Positions 47,335-56,200 of a stretch of 64,000 nucleotides of DNA are shown here, piece after piece (the first letter of the stretch is position 1; every line of letters starts with the position of its first letter). The notes under the pieces were generated by a model. That model was not told the DNA's origin. It saw only the letters and a list, made by a program, of their open reading frames with translations, and did not search any database. The stretch is taken from the IMG/VR virus record IMGVR_UViG_3300021420_000016, positions 1-64,000 of that record. One strand, given 5' to 3'. The position numbers and the translations under genes were made by a program. The DNA comes from a virus.

Positions 47335-47835
47335 ATGGCCACAGGCCCACGCGATGAGCACGGCTCCCCGGCCGGGCCCGGGGGGGTGGACGCCCAGCTT
47401 TCCATCCCGCTCAAAGAGTACTTCGAGGCGCTCCGCGCCGCCGACGAACGGCTTCTCGCCGAGCGTGACCGCCGCTACAAGGAAGTCAGGGAGGCGGAGG
47501 AAAAGGCGCTGTGGGTCAAGGAAGCCGCCGACGCCAGGGCGCTTCAGCTCGCGGAAAAAACACAGGCGTACAAGGACGAGAAGGCCAACGAGTTGCGGGA
47601 GCAGATCGCCAGCGAACGCGGCCTGTACGTCACCCGCGCGGAACTGGCCAGCGCGGTGCGGGAACTGCAAGCGAACATCGAGCCGCTCGCCGAGTACGTG
47701 ACCAGCGCCGCCGGGCATGTCTCGGGCACCGAGAGCCAGAAGACGGAACAGCGCCTGGACAACGCCCAGATATTGCAGATCCTCGTCCTCGTCGGTTTGG
47801 CGATCGGCCTAGTCATTAGCTTTCTTCACCACTAA
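47335..47835 (+). CDS. Coiled-coil protein with C-terminal transmembrane helix (lysis region)
   Basis: LKEYFE...DRRY...KANELR; hydrophobic tail. Confidence 0.7.
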   Translation: MATGPRDEHGSPAGPGGVDAQLSIPLKEYFEALRAADERLLAERDRRYKEVREAEEKALWVKEAADARALQLAEKTQAYKDEKANELREQIASERGLYVTRAELASAVRELQANIEPLAEYVTSAAGHVSGTESQKTEQRLDNAQILQILVLVGLAIGLVISFLHH

Positions 47836-47857
47836 AAAGCACAGGAGAGGCCGGTGG

Positions 47858-48112
47858 ATGGACAGCACGCTTATCACGCTGCTGACCGGCGCCGGAGTTG
47901 CGGGCGTGTTCTGCATCCTTTTCATTACGGGATTCGTCTACCCCCGCACCGTGGTGACTGATCTCAAAGCCGAGATAGCGGAACTTAAAGAGGCCGTCGA
48001 AGCTGAACGCGACCGGGCGAACACCGCAGTCACGGCGGCGTCGGCGACCCGCGACATCCTCGCCGCCATCCAGCTCGGCCAGCACCTCGGGCCCGCCCGG
48101 GACGCCCTGTGA
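47858..48112 (+). CDS. Small membrane protein
   Basis: N-terminal TM helix plus coiled coil. Confidence 0.7.
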   Translation: MDSTLITLLTGAGVAGVFCILFITGFVYPRTVVTDLKAEIAELKEAVEAERDRANTAVTAASATRDILAAIQLGQHLGPARDAL

Positions 48113-48336
48113 ACTGGCTGCGGACAGCATTCAGGAGGACGGCCGAGGTGATCCTTCCCTGGATGGCTAAACCGGAACGCCACGCCGCCATCGCCGCCGC
48201 CCGCCGGGAGAAAGAACATTCCCAGGCGACACTGCGGCACGCCCAGTCGGTGGAGCGGCAAATCCGGCAGATGGCCGATGAGAATCATTACGCCGAAAAG
48301 ATTGCCCGGCAGATCATCTGGGGCGACCACAAGTGA
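48109..48336 (+). CDS. Small hypothetical protein (lysis cassette)
   Basis: GTGA coupling; ENHYAEKI motif. Confidence 0.65.
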   Translation: MNWLRTAFRRTAEVILPWMAKPERHAAIAAARREKEHSQATLRHAQSVERQIRQMADENHYAEKIARQIIWGDHK

Positions 48337-48686
48337 CCCAGGATCAATGGATCATCCTGGCCTTCAAGATCGCGACCATCTCCGGGTTCGTCGCGCTGGT
48401 CGCCTGGATCGTGGTGTACACGCGGCTCGCGGCGTGGTGGAAAAACCCGGTCGGCCGCACCCTGGTCGCCAAGTCCGCCCTCATCGCCGCCCTGCTGGTA
48501 CCCACCGCCCTGTCGCTGTTCTTCAACCTCAACCGGCTCGACAGCAGGATCGCCGGCTGGGCCGACGCGGCCCTCCTCGGCCTGGTCACCCCCGTGATGT
48601 GGTGGAGAACTTACGTATGGATCAAGCTCCACCGCGCCGGCCAGTTCCTCCCTAACGGGCAGGACGGCAGAAAGGGGGGGGCGTGA
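48333..48686 (+). CDS. Putative holin (3 TM)
   Basis: Y...WWKNPVGR motif, three hydrophobic helices. Confidence 0.65.
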   Translation: MTQDQWIILAFKIATISGFVALVAWIVVYTRLAAWWKNPVGRTLVAKSALIAALLVPTALSLFFNLNRLDSRIAGWADAALLGLVTPVMWWRTYVWIKLHRAGQFLPNGQDGRKGGA

Positions 48687-49045
48687 TCCGTGCGGTCACC
48701 GACATCGGGAACTTCTGCCTGTGGGGCTCCTCGGCACTCATCGTGATCTTCATGATCCAGTACACGGCCCTGGCGAAATGGTGGAAAAACCCGATCGGGG
48801 TCACCATCATCGGCCTGGACCTGTGCCTCCTGGCGATCTTCGTCCCGTCACTGCTGGCCCAGGCCGACCCCGGCGGCTTCGCCCACTTCGCCTCGGCCCG
48901 GTGGTACCTGTTCCTGTCCGCCAGCGTGGTGACCCTCACCTTCCTGTTCGTCGCCACCCGGGTCATCACCTGGGAATACCTGCGCCGCAAACGGCGCCAC
49001 CTGCTGCCCGACGGGGGGAACCATGGCGGACAGCGAAACCCGTGA
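48683..49045 (+). CDS. Putative holin paralogue (3 TM)
   Basis: Y...WWKNPIG motif. Confidence 0.65.
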   Translation: MIRAVTDIGNFCLWGSSALIVIFMIQYTALAKWWKNPIGVTIIGLDLCLLAIFVPSLLAQADPGGFAHFASARWYLFLSASVVTLTFLFVATRVITWEYLRRKRRHLLPDGGNHGGQRNP

Positions 49046-49517
49046 CGTCGCCGCACACGAAGCGGCGCAAACCCACCACTACTGGCTGCATTTCCCCCCG
49101 CATCCGGCGCGGAAAGACGACCCGCATTACGTGGACTTCGACCACTACCACCGCAAAACCCGCGCCGCCGCGCGGTGTTACATCGGGGAACGCATCGGGT
49201 TCGGCGAATGCCTCGACGCCCAGGGAAGCCCGTGCCCGCCGCCGGACGGCGGGGGAGAGCAGCCGGGCCTGGAACTCCACCACGCCCACATCGAATTCAG
49301 CTTGCAAAACGGCGTCGATCTCACCGCCCTCGAAAAGGACTACCCAGGTGTTTCCGACCCCACACAAGTGGGTGCATGGGTGGAATCAGCGGTCAATCTG
49401 CGCTGGTATTGCGCATGGCATCACCGTGGGGCTTCCGGGGCCCACACGGCAACCCATAGTGATTTTGAAGCCACACAATATGTTCCGGGCCTTATTTCCA
49501 AAGGTCCCAGCGAATGA
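49023..49517 (+). CDS. His-Me finger (HNH-like) hypothetical protein
   Basis: LELHH...NLRWYCAWHHRG. Confidence 0.55.
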   Translation: MADSETRDVAAHEAAQTHHYWLHFPPHPARKDDPHYVDFDHYHRKTRAAARCYIGERIGFGECLDAQGSPCPPPDGGGEQPGLELHHAHIEFSLQNGVDLTALEKDYPGVSDPTQVGAWVESAVNLRWYCAWHHRGASGAHTATHSDFEATQYVPGLISKGPSE

Positions 49518-50071
49518 CCGGCATTCCGCTCCGAATCGCCGAGCCAGCTGGAGCGTATATGCGCTCGCTGCGGCGTTTCGTCTTCACTCACTGCGGTAAC
49601 GACTGCCCGGCGGGCGGCTACCACGACGCCAGCGCCGGTCTTGGCCGCGTCACAGAACGGCTCACCCACGGTGACGTCTGGGACCGCAAAGATGCCCGCT
49701 GGCCCACAACATGTGCGGCCTGCGGCTATGGGTTCGCCGTCGGCGATGAATGGCAACTCAACGACGACGCGATCTACCGCCTGCCGGATGGTGCCGAGTT
49801 CGTCTTCCGTGGCACGTTTGGGAACGCTGCACCACCAGGCACCATGATCCGCGCCGAATGGTACGACGAGTTCAGCGACCGGCCGGGGCAGTCGTGGCTC
49901 ATCTCCCTGCCGGGCGGCGGGGAATGGATCACCACCCAGTCCGCGACCGGCGGCGGCCACTGGACCGTCACGGGCACACCGCCGGACATCACCGTGAACC
50001 CGTCGATCTGGCATAACGCGCCACGCGGGTGGCACGGGTTTATCCGGGACGGAGAGCTGGTGCCGGCATGA
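49514..50071 (+). CDS. Hypothetical protein (DUF6527-like C-terminus)
   Basis: WTVTG...ITVNPSI...WHGFIRDG. Confidence 0.55.
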   Translation: MTGIPLRIAEPAGAYMRSLRRFVFTHCGNDCPAGGYHDASAGLGRVTERLTHGDVWDRKDARWPTTCAACGYGFAVGDEWQLNDDAIYRLPDGAEFVFRGTFGNAAPPGTMIRAEWYDEFSDRPGQSWLISLPGGGEWITTQSATGGGHWTVTGTPPDITVNPSIWHNAPRGWHGFIRDGELVPA

Positions 50072-50706
50072 GTGACCACCCGCATTTCGGTGTCACCAGG
50101 CACGGCCTCAAGGTTCACGCCCGCACCATCGACCACCACCCGGACGGCAGCGCCTACGCCAAGTTCAACAAGCACGTCGCCCTGGCCCTGACCCGTTACG
50201 TCGGGACCATGACCTGCTTTTGGGTTTTCTGCTGCCTGTCGCTGTCGTCGCTGCCCGCGGTGCTGTCCGGGTTCACGGTGTTCCACGGCACCTTCCCGGC
50301 GATCATTGTCAAGGCCAGCATCATCGCCTTGGTCGCATGGGTCGCACAGACGCTGATCCAGTTGGTGCTCCTTCCCGCACTGATGGTGGGGCAAAACCTC
50401 CAAAACGAGGCCGCCGACGCCCGCGCGGCGAAGACGTTCGAGGATGTCGAAACCGTAATGGACAGGCTCGACATCCACACCGAAGGCGGCATCAAGGAAG
50501 TCCTGGACGCGGTGGCCGCGCTCCGCGGCGAGATGGCCGCGCGGCCGAAACGCAGGGAGTTAGCACCCTGGCCGCGTGGTGGCTTGACCGCGTGCTGCCC
50601 AGCGTCGTGTCCGCCGCCGTGTGGGCGCCGGTGGCGTTCTGGATGCAGCACCGGGCGCTGTCCCGCAAATTCCGCAAGGTCACCGGCGAGCAGACCGGTG
50701 AACTGA
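50068..50706 (+). CDS. DUF1003-like membrane protein (true 3' end uncertain, possibly about 50562)
   Basis: FN...VGTM...WVAQTLIQLVLLPALMVGQN. Confidence 0.65.
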   Translation: MSDHPHFGVTRHGLKVHARTIDHHPDGSAYAKFNKHVALALTRYVGTMTCFWVFCCLSLSSLPAVLSGFTVFHGTFPAIIVKASIIALVAWVAQTLIQLVLLPALMVGQNLQNEAADARAAKTFEDVETVMDRLDIHTEGGIKEVLDAVAALRGEMAARPKRRELAPWPRGGLTACCPASCPPPCGRRWRSGCSTGRCPANSARSPASRPVN

Positions 50707-50747
50707 AACGGCACATGGACGCCGGGGGAGAGGCGGGCGGCACATGA
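50559..50747 (+). CDS. Small membrane protein lacking a canonical start
   Basis: LAAWWLDRVLPSVVSAAVWAPVAFW; stop coupled to the endolysin start. Confidence 0.45.
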   Translation, partial: VSTLAAWWLDRVLPSVVSAAVWAPVAFWMQHRALSRKFRKVTGEQTGELKRHMDAGGEAGGT

Positions 50748-51577
50748 GCTTGATCATGTACGACGCTATCGCGGTCGGCAACATCCCCCAGAACGCCACC
50801 GCGGCCGCCGGGTACGTGGACGGGATGTGGCCCACGCTCTTGGAACTCAAGGCGCGACTGCCCCACGCGCACGTCCTGTCGATCGCCGTGTTCGCCGCCG
50901 ACGACGCCGACTGCCTCGACGTCGAGCAGGGCGACGCCACCCCCGCCGAGGCGCCCGGCTGGGTGCTGCGCCAGCAGGACCGCGGCGCCTACCGGCCGGC
51001 GGTGTACACGAGCGTCTCGAACGTCCCCGCGGTCCTCTCCGCCCTGGGGGCCGCGGGGATCCCCCGCAGCGGCGTGCGGATCTGGTCCGCGCACTACACC
51101 GGGATCACGCACATCTGCGGGCCGTCGACCTGCGCCTACCCGGGGCTGACGATCAACTGCGACGCCACCCAGTTCACCGACGTCTCCCACGGCCTGCCGC
51201 TGGACGCATCCCTGGTATCCGGCACGTTCTTCGACGGCCCCCCGAAACCGCCAGCACCCCAAACGTTCATCCCCCAAGGAGACGGCGTGTTCTTCCTCCC
51301 CAACGGCTCCGGCGCGGTCGCCGCCCTGCCCGTTCCCCGGTTCGTCCTGGGCGCCGGCCCGGCGGGCACCCCGGCGATCGTCGCGCCGACGGTGCTGCGG
51401 CTGGCATCCAACAGCCCCGCCCAGCAGGAATACATGGTGGACGACAGCGGTTCGTGGCTGCCGCTGAACATCGACTACACCCGGTCCCCGGAGGAACTGC
51501 AGATCGGCGCCGCCAGCGTGATCAAGATCCGCCGCACCGACGCCGGGACGAACCTGGTCACCGGCGACTTCGCCTAA
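50744..51577 (+). CDS. Endolysin, GH25-like muramidase
   Basis: AGYVDG, LDVEQGDA, PAVYTS, IWSAHY, ATQFTD. Confidence 0.8.
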   Translation: MSLIMYDAIAVGNIPQNATAAAGYVDGMWPTLLELKARLPHAHVLSIAVFAADDADCLDVEQGDATPAEAPGWVLRQQDRGAYRPAVYTSVSNVPAVLSALGAAGIPRSGVRIWSAHYTGITHICGPSTCAYPGLTINCDATQFTDVSHGLPLDASLVSGTFFDGPPKPPAPQTFIPQGDGVFFLPNGSGAVAALPVPRFVLGAGPAGTPAIVAPTVLRLASNSPAQQEYMVDDSGSWLPLNIDYTRSPEELQIGAASVIKIRRTDAGTNLVTGDFA

Positions 51578-51580
51578 GTA

Positions 51581-51775
51581 CTACTGCCCGCGGACAATCG
51601 CAAGGGCTGCCTCCAGGATCTCGGCCACCGCCCCCGGCGGGATGATCACCCCCGAGGTGAACGGCGCCGCGTGGACTAACACGTCCATCCGGCCGGGGCG
51701 GCCGCCGCCGGTGATCTCGATGCGAGCCATGTCGCAGAACCTGTTCTCATCCGCCGCACCGGTCAGCCGTTTCAC
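51581..51775 (-). CDS. Small hypothetical protein
   Basis: 64-aa ORF. Confidence 0.35.
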   Translation of the reverse strand: MKRLTGAADENRFCDMARIEITGGGRPGRMDVLVHAAPFTSGVIIPPGAVAEILEAALAIVRGQ

Positions 51776-51811
51776 CGTGCACGCCCTTCCGCCAAAGGCC
51801 GTCTTTAGGGA

Positions 51812-53260
51812 TCATCTTTCCACGCCGGTGGCCCCGCGGGCCGACTGGCGCAGGCCGACTGTGGACTGAACATCATCTTCAGTCAGGACGAGCCACGCCC
51901 ACTCGGCAGCTACGGTCAGGGAGCATGCCACCGCATGCGCTACGCGATCCTGACGGCGCCACTCGGTCAGCAACCGATCATTCTTGCTGGTATTGCACGC
52001 CTTGCAGGCTGGAACGAGGTTTGATTCGTGTTCCCAGCCACCCCGGGCGAGTGGGCGCACATGATCCACGGTCTCGGCTTCTGCGCCGCAGTAGACACAC
52101 GGGCCCGCGGCCCTCACCGCTATGTAGACCGCCCGCGGGACCGGTCCCGCGATTTCGGCGGCGGCCTTGCGGGCCCGGCGGGCGTTGCCGTTGCGGCGGT
52201 TGATCGCTGAGCGGATCTCGTGAGGTATTGACGCAAGACGGCAGCCCAGGCAGCGACGGTTCCGGCTAGTGAAGATTTGGCCGCAGTCATCGCAAGCTCG
52301 CTCAAATGCAGCGCACCTGAAGCACTTCCGCTCATGACCCGTGAATATTTGTTCGCACCCTTCACAGTTGCGCTCAGTCGATCGGCATGCATCACAGAAG
52401 CGATGGTTTCCCTTAAACCGCCGATCGCAACCCGCACACGTGCGTATATGCGCCATGCACATAAAACATCGGGGCTTGTTCCCCCGGAAATGTTCGCCGC
52501 AGGCGGCGCAGACTCGTTCGGTGAGTTGGCAAGATGGGCAACGCTTCATCCGACCCTTGAACCTCTGACCGCAGTCGATACAACGACGTTCTATAGCACT
52601 ACACGGGCCGCATAGCCGTTCATCTCCCCGGAATTTCTTTCCGCAACCGCCGCAGATGCGGTCAACTTGGACACATCGCTTGCAGCGTGAGTTGCGGCCC
52701 TTGAACTTACGGCCGCACCCTTCACATGCGCGCTCCGTGGCACTACAGGGTCCACAGCGAAGAACTGGCCCCTTAAAGATCCGGCCGCAGTCAGTACAGG
52801 ATCGTTCGATCCGCAGACACCGCTGGCAGTAACGCTTGCGGCCCTTAAACCTCCGGCCACACTCCACACAGTCCCTTTCGGGCCGAGTGCAGCGGGAACA
52901 GCGGGTTTCAGGCCCAATGAATACACGGCTGCAGCCAGTACAGGTGCGCTCCTCCGTTCGGCGGCAAGGCCCACATTCAAACGTGGACCCCTTAAATCTC
53001 TGGCCGCATTTAGTGCAGTCTCGCTCTGGTACACGGCACACGTTGCACCTGCGCGACGTGCCCTGGAATTCATCCCCGCACTCAAGGCAGATCCGTTTGG
53101 TCCGGTGGCGACAGGCTGGGCACTTGCGCCCTTGGTCGCCACGAAAGACCTTGCCGCATGCGACGCACGTACGATCCGTGGCGCGGCAAGTAGGGCATTG
53201 ACGCGTGTGGCCCCTGAACCTACGCTCGCACTTTTCGCAGACTCGCAACCCATCTGCCAT
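51812..53260 (-). CDS. HNH endonuclease with 14 tandem C4 zinc-finger repeats
   Basis: RxCxxCxxxFxGxxxxCxxC x14; CVYC...TVDHVRPLARGG...NLVPACKACNTSK. Confidence 0.92.
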   Translation of the reverse strand: MADGLRVCEKCERRFRGHTRQCPTCRATDRTCVACGKVFRGDQGRKCPACRHRTKRICLECGDEFQGTSRRCNVCRVPERDCTKCGQRFKGSTFECGPCRRTEERTCTGCSRVFIGPETRCSRCTRPERDCVECGRRFKGRKRYCQRCLRIERSCTDCGRIFKGPVLRCGPCSATERACEGCGRKFKGRNSRCKRCVQVDRICGGCGKKFRGDERLCGPCSAIERRCIDCGQRFKGRMKRCPSCQLTERVCAACGEHFRGNKPRCFMCMAHIRTCAGCDRRFKGNHRFCDACRSTERNCEGCEQIFTGHERKCFRCAAFERACDDCGQIFTSRNRRCLGCRLASIPHEIRSAINRRNGNARRARKAAAEIAGPVPRAVYIAVRAAGPCVYCGAEAETVDHVRPLARGGWEHESNLVPACKACNTSKNDRLLTEWRRQDRVAHAVACSLTVAAEWAWLVLTEDDVQSTVGLRQSARGATGVER

Positions 53261-53310
53261 GAACGGATCGTATCAGCGAGTACCGACAGTTTCATGGAGG
53301 TGGGCCGAGC

Positions 53311-53811
53311 ATGGCGCTACCTGGCGGCCTGAACACCATTACGGTGACTGGGACTTATGTCAATGCTCTGGGTGCTGCTCAGCCTGGCACGGTTTCCTTT
53401 ACTCCCAGTTCAACGGTGACCGATGCGACAGGGGCGACAGTTCTTACCGAGACTGCGGTCACCGCCACCCTGAACTCCTCGGGCAACTTCTCTCTTGGGC
53501 CGCTCCCTTGCACCGACTCGGTCGGTCTTGTGCCTCTTGGCTGGTGCTACACCGTGAACGTCGCCGTCGGGGGAGCGCAGCAGGCCATTTCGCCGGTGTA
53601 CCTGCCGCATGCGCTCGGATCCACGGTCGACATGTCCCAGATCACCCCCGGGCCCGCAGCGCCGGCGCCGTCAGGGCTGATCTACCTGCCGAACGCGGTC
53701 AGCCCACCGACCGGTGGCCCGTCAGGTGGCGGCGGATTCCTGTACGCCCTCAACGGTGCCCTGTACTGGCAGGGACCCTCGGGCAGTCCCACCCTGATCG
53801 CGGCAGCCTGA
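53311..53811 (+). CDS. Virion/tail-associated protein
   Basis: TVTGTYV...GTVSFTPS...ATLNSSGNFS motif; SD GGAGG. Confidence 0.7.
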   Translation: MALPGGLNTITVTGTYVNALGAAQPGTVSFTPSSTVTDATGATVLTETAVTATLNSSGNFSLGPLPCTDSVGLVPLGWCYTVNVAVGGAQQAISPVYLPHALGSTVDMSQITPGPAAPAPSGLIYLPNAVSPPTGGPSGGGGFLYALNGALYWQGPSGSPTLIAAA

Positions 53812-53815
53812 CCCG

Positions 53816-54244
53816 TCAAAGACGCTTCACTGCGTAGATGTGCCCGTGACGGTCGGTGGCGACCTGCCACCCTTCGCCGGTAGTCAGGTCGGGGATGACA
53901 ATTAACTCCGCCGGGGCGGTCAGTGGAGGCCCAGGCAAGACAGCGATTCCGGCTGGCCCGGGCTGCAGCAGTGGCGGCGGCGGCTTATATCCGGCCGAGT
54001 ACACCCGCCCGGGCCGACGGCCGGTGAGCAGACGGCGGACCGCCTCGTCCGATGCGCCGAGCGCTCCAGCGATTCTGCTTGCGGCATGGCGCGGATCTTC
54101 CAGGACGTCGGGGTTTTCCTGGATGTAACGAGCCACAGCCGGCCGCAAATTGCCATGGTTCCACCGGCCCCGGCCACCGGCCGGGGCTTCGGCCGGCCCG
54201 CCGGTGTCTTCCTCTGCCGCCGCCTCAGCCGGTTCGCCCATCAT
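53816..54244 (-). CDS. Hypothetical protein (HTH-like segment)
   Basis: IAGALGASDEAVRRLL. Confidence 0.45.
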   Translation of the reverse strand: MMGEPAEAAAEEDTGGPAEAPAGGRGRWNHGNLRPAVARYIQENPDVLEDPRHAASRIAGALGASDEAVRRLLTGRRPGRVYSAGYKPPPPLLQPGPAGIAVLPGPPLTAPAELIVIPDLTTGEGWQVATDRHGHIYAVKRL

Positions 54245-54447
54245 TTCCTCGCGCGCCAGTCCTGATTGCCGCAGCCCAACTCGGCGCACGCGCACCACGC
54301 TCCGCGGCACCGGCGGTGCGGTGGCGGATTGAACGCGCACCGGGTGCAGATGAAGAACCCCGCCGGCACGGGCCCCCGGATCGCGCGCAGCAGTCGCCCC
54401 ATCACACCTGAAGCCTAAACCCGCCCCCCGGTTTTGGAGGTATCACC

Positions 54448-55251
54448 GTGGCCAACCTGCAACGTGTCCCGGGCAAGCGGGGCAGGCTGCCCCGCGACAT
54501 CACCCGGTTCGCGCCGCGCCTGGAGCATTACGTGCACGGCCCGCTGCGGGTGAGCGGCCTGCCACCGGCGAGCGGGGTCATCGACCGGTGCACGAAAGTC
54601 GCCGACTGGCCCATCTACCTCAACGACCAGATCGGCGACTGCACGATCGCCGGCGCCGGGCACATGCTCGGCGCGATGGCCGTCTACGGCGGCCACGAAG
54701 AACCCCTGTTCTCCGACGCCGAGATCACCACCGCCTACTCGGCCGTATCCGGCTATGTGCCCGGCGACTCCAGTACCGACAACGGCGCCGACATGCAGAC
54801 GGTGCTGCAATACCTGGCGAGCGTCGGCCTCACTGACACCACCGGGAAGGTACACAAGGTCGCCGGGTACGCCGCATTCGGCAGCCCCGCCGATGAGGTG
54901 CTCCTCGCCCAGGTGCTCGACGTGTTCGGGTCGGTGTATGTGGGCGTGTCGCTGCCCGAATACGCGGAGCAGGAGTTCGCCGCCGGGCAGCCATGGAACT
55001 GGCAGCCGAACGCGCAGATCGCCGGCGGCCACTGCATCGTCTTGCAGAAGCGTTCCGTCGGCGGCACCGGCGTCCTGGACTACATCACCTGGGGTGCCGT
55101 GCAGAAGGCCACCCGGAGTTTCCAGTACAACTTCGCCGAGGAAGCATGGGCGGTGGTCTCGCAGGACTGGCTCACCGCCAACGGCGATTCGATCGAGGGT
55201 CTGGACCTGGAGCAGTTGATCTCCGACCTGCAGTATGTCCCTGTCGGCTGA
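54448..55251 (+). CDS. Papain-like (C1-type) cysteine peptidase
   Basis: NDQIGDCTIAG, DNG, GGHCIV, ITWG; SD GGAGGT. Confidence 0.75.
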   Translation: MANLQRVPGKRGRLPRDITRFAPRLEHYVHGPLRVSGLPPASGVIDRCTKVADWPIYLNDQIGDCTIAGAGHMLGAMAVYGGHEEPLFSDAEITTAYSAVSGYVPGDSSTDNGADMQTVLQYLASVGLTDTTGKVHKVAGYAAFGSPADEVLLAQVLDVFGSVYVGVSLPEYAEQEFAAGQPWNWQPNAQIAGGHCIVLQKRSVGGTGVLDYITWGAVQKATRSFQYNFAEEAWAVVSQDWLTANGDSIEGLDLEQLISDLQYVPVG

Positions 55252-55252
55252 C

Positions 55253-56134
55253 CTATTCCGTGGCCCACATCGTGTCCGTGCCGTCGTCCAGCAATTTCCC
55301 GGCAACCTCGTAGCGCCGGGGCACGCTGAATGTCACCCGTGGCCCGTGACTGCCCTCTCCGGGCCAGACTGAAATGAAGTCCTGCGGATCGCCGCGGGTA
55401 TCGAGATACAGGTAGCCGAACCGCTCCTCGCGCACCAGGACGCCTTCGGTGATCCGGGACAAGTCCAGGAACTGGACTTTCCACCCGTTGTCGTCGCCCC
55501 AGTGGCAGCCCCAGACGAATCCGGCGGTACCGTCGGGCCACTCGTAGGAGTCTTTCCAGTGCGCCGTGCCGGGCAGGCTGCTGCCGTCGTGCACGTCCCA
55601 CCAGTCCGGGACGTAGAACCCGACGGGGCAGTGCCCCCAGCCGTCCGCCTTGCGATCCTCGGAGGCAATCACTTTGCCGGTGGCCAAGTCGATCACGTCG
55701 GTGGCCTGGTAATGCCGGGAGATGAGCGCGTAGTCCCGGTCGCCCTGACGGAACGGCTCGAACGGCGGCCGGCGGGGGTAGTCGCGCTTGTAGGCGGGCG
55801 CGTTCTCGATGGTCCCCTCGTCGTGCAGCGCGTCGAGGATCTGCACCTCGGTGGTCTCCCAGCACCCGGGCCGGGAAGGCGCCGCCTCCCATCGCTGTGA
55901 GTACCGCTCGCGTGGTGTGGGTTTCGGCGGGATCTGGAACATGCCCGTGGTGTCGATCTCCTTGATCCAGAACCGCTTGGTGTAGGCGCGCTCGACGACG
56001 TTCCGCTGATGCCAGCGGGCCATCTCGGCCTCGGCCTCGCCCTGGTCGGCCGAGTGGCCATAGGCGCTGATGTGGCCCTCGGTCAGGCCCGGACCTGCGG
56101 CGGACTCGCCCCAGATCTCATAAATGATCGTCAT
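55253..56134 (-). CDS. Hypothetical protein
   Basis: Strong codon bias; GFVWGCHWGDD. Confidence 0.65.
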   Translation of the reverse strand: MTIIYEIWGESAAGPGLTEGHISAYGHSADQGEAEAEMARWHQRNVVERAYTKRFWIKEIDTTGMFQIPPKPTPRERYSQRWEAAPSRPGCWETTEVQILDALHDEGTIENAPAYKRDYPRRPPFEPFRQGDRDYALISRHYQATDVIDLATGKVIASEDRKADGWGHCPVGFYVPDWWDVHDGSSLPGTAHWKDSYEWPDGTAGFVWGCHWGDDNGWKVQFLDLSRITEGVLVREERFGYLYLDTRGDPQDFISVWPGEGSHGPRVTFSVPRRYEVAGKLLDDGTDTMWATE

Positions 56135-56200
56135 ACCTTCCATGCTCCCACGGCAGGGAACTGTCACGCCATGCCCCGCGAGTGGCCCCAGGAGGTCACG

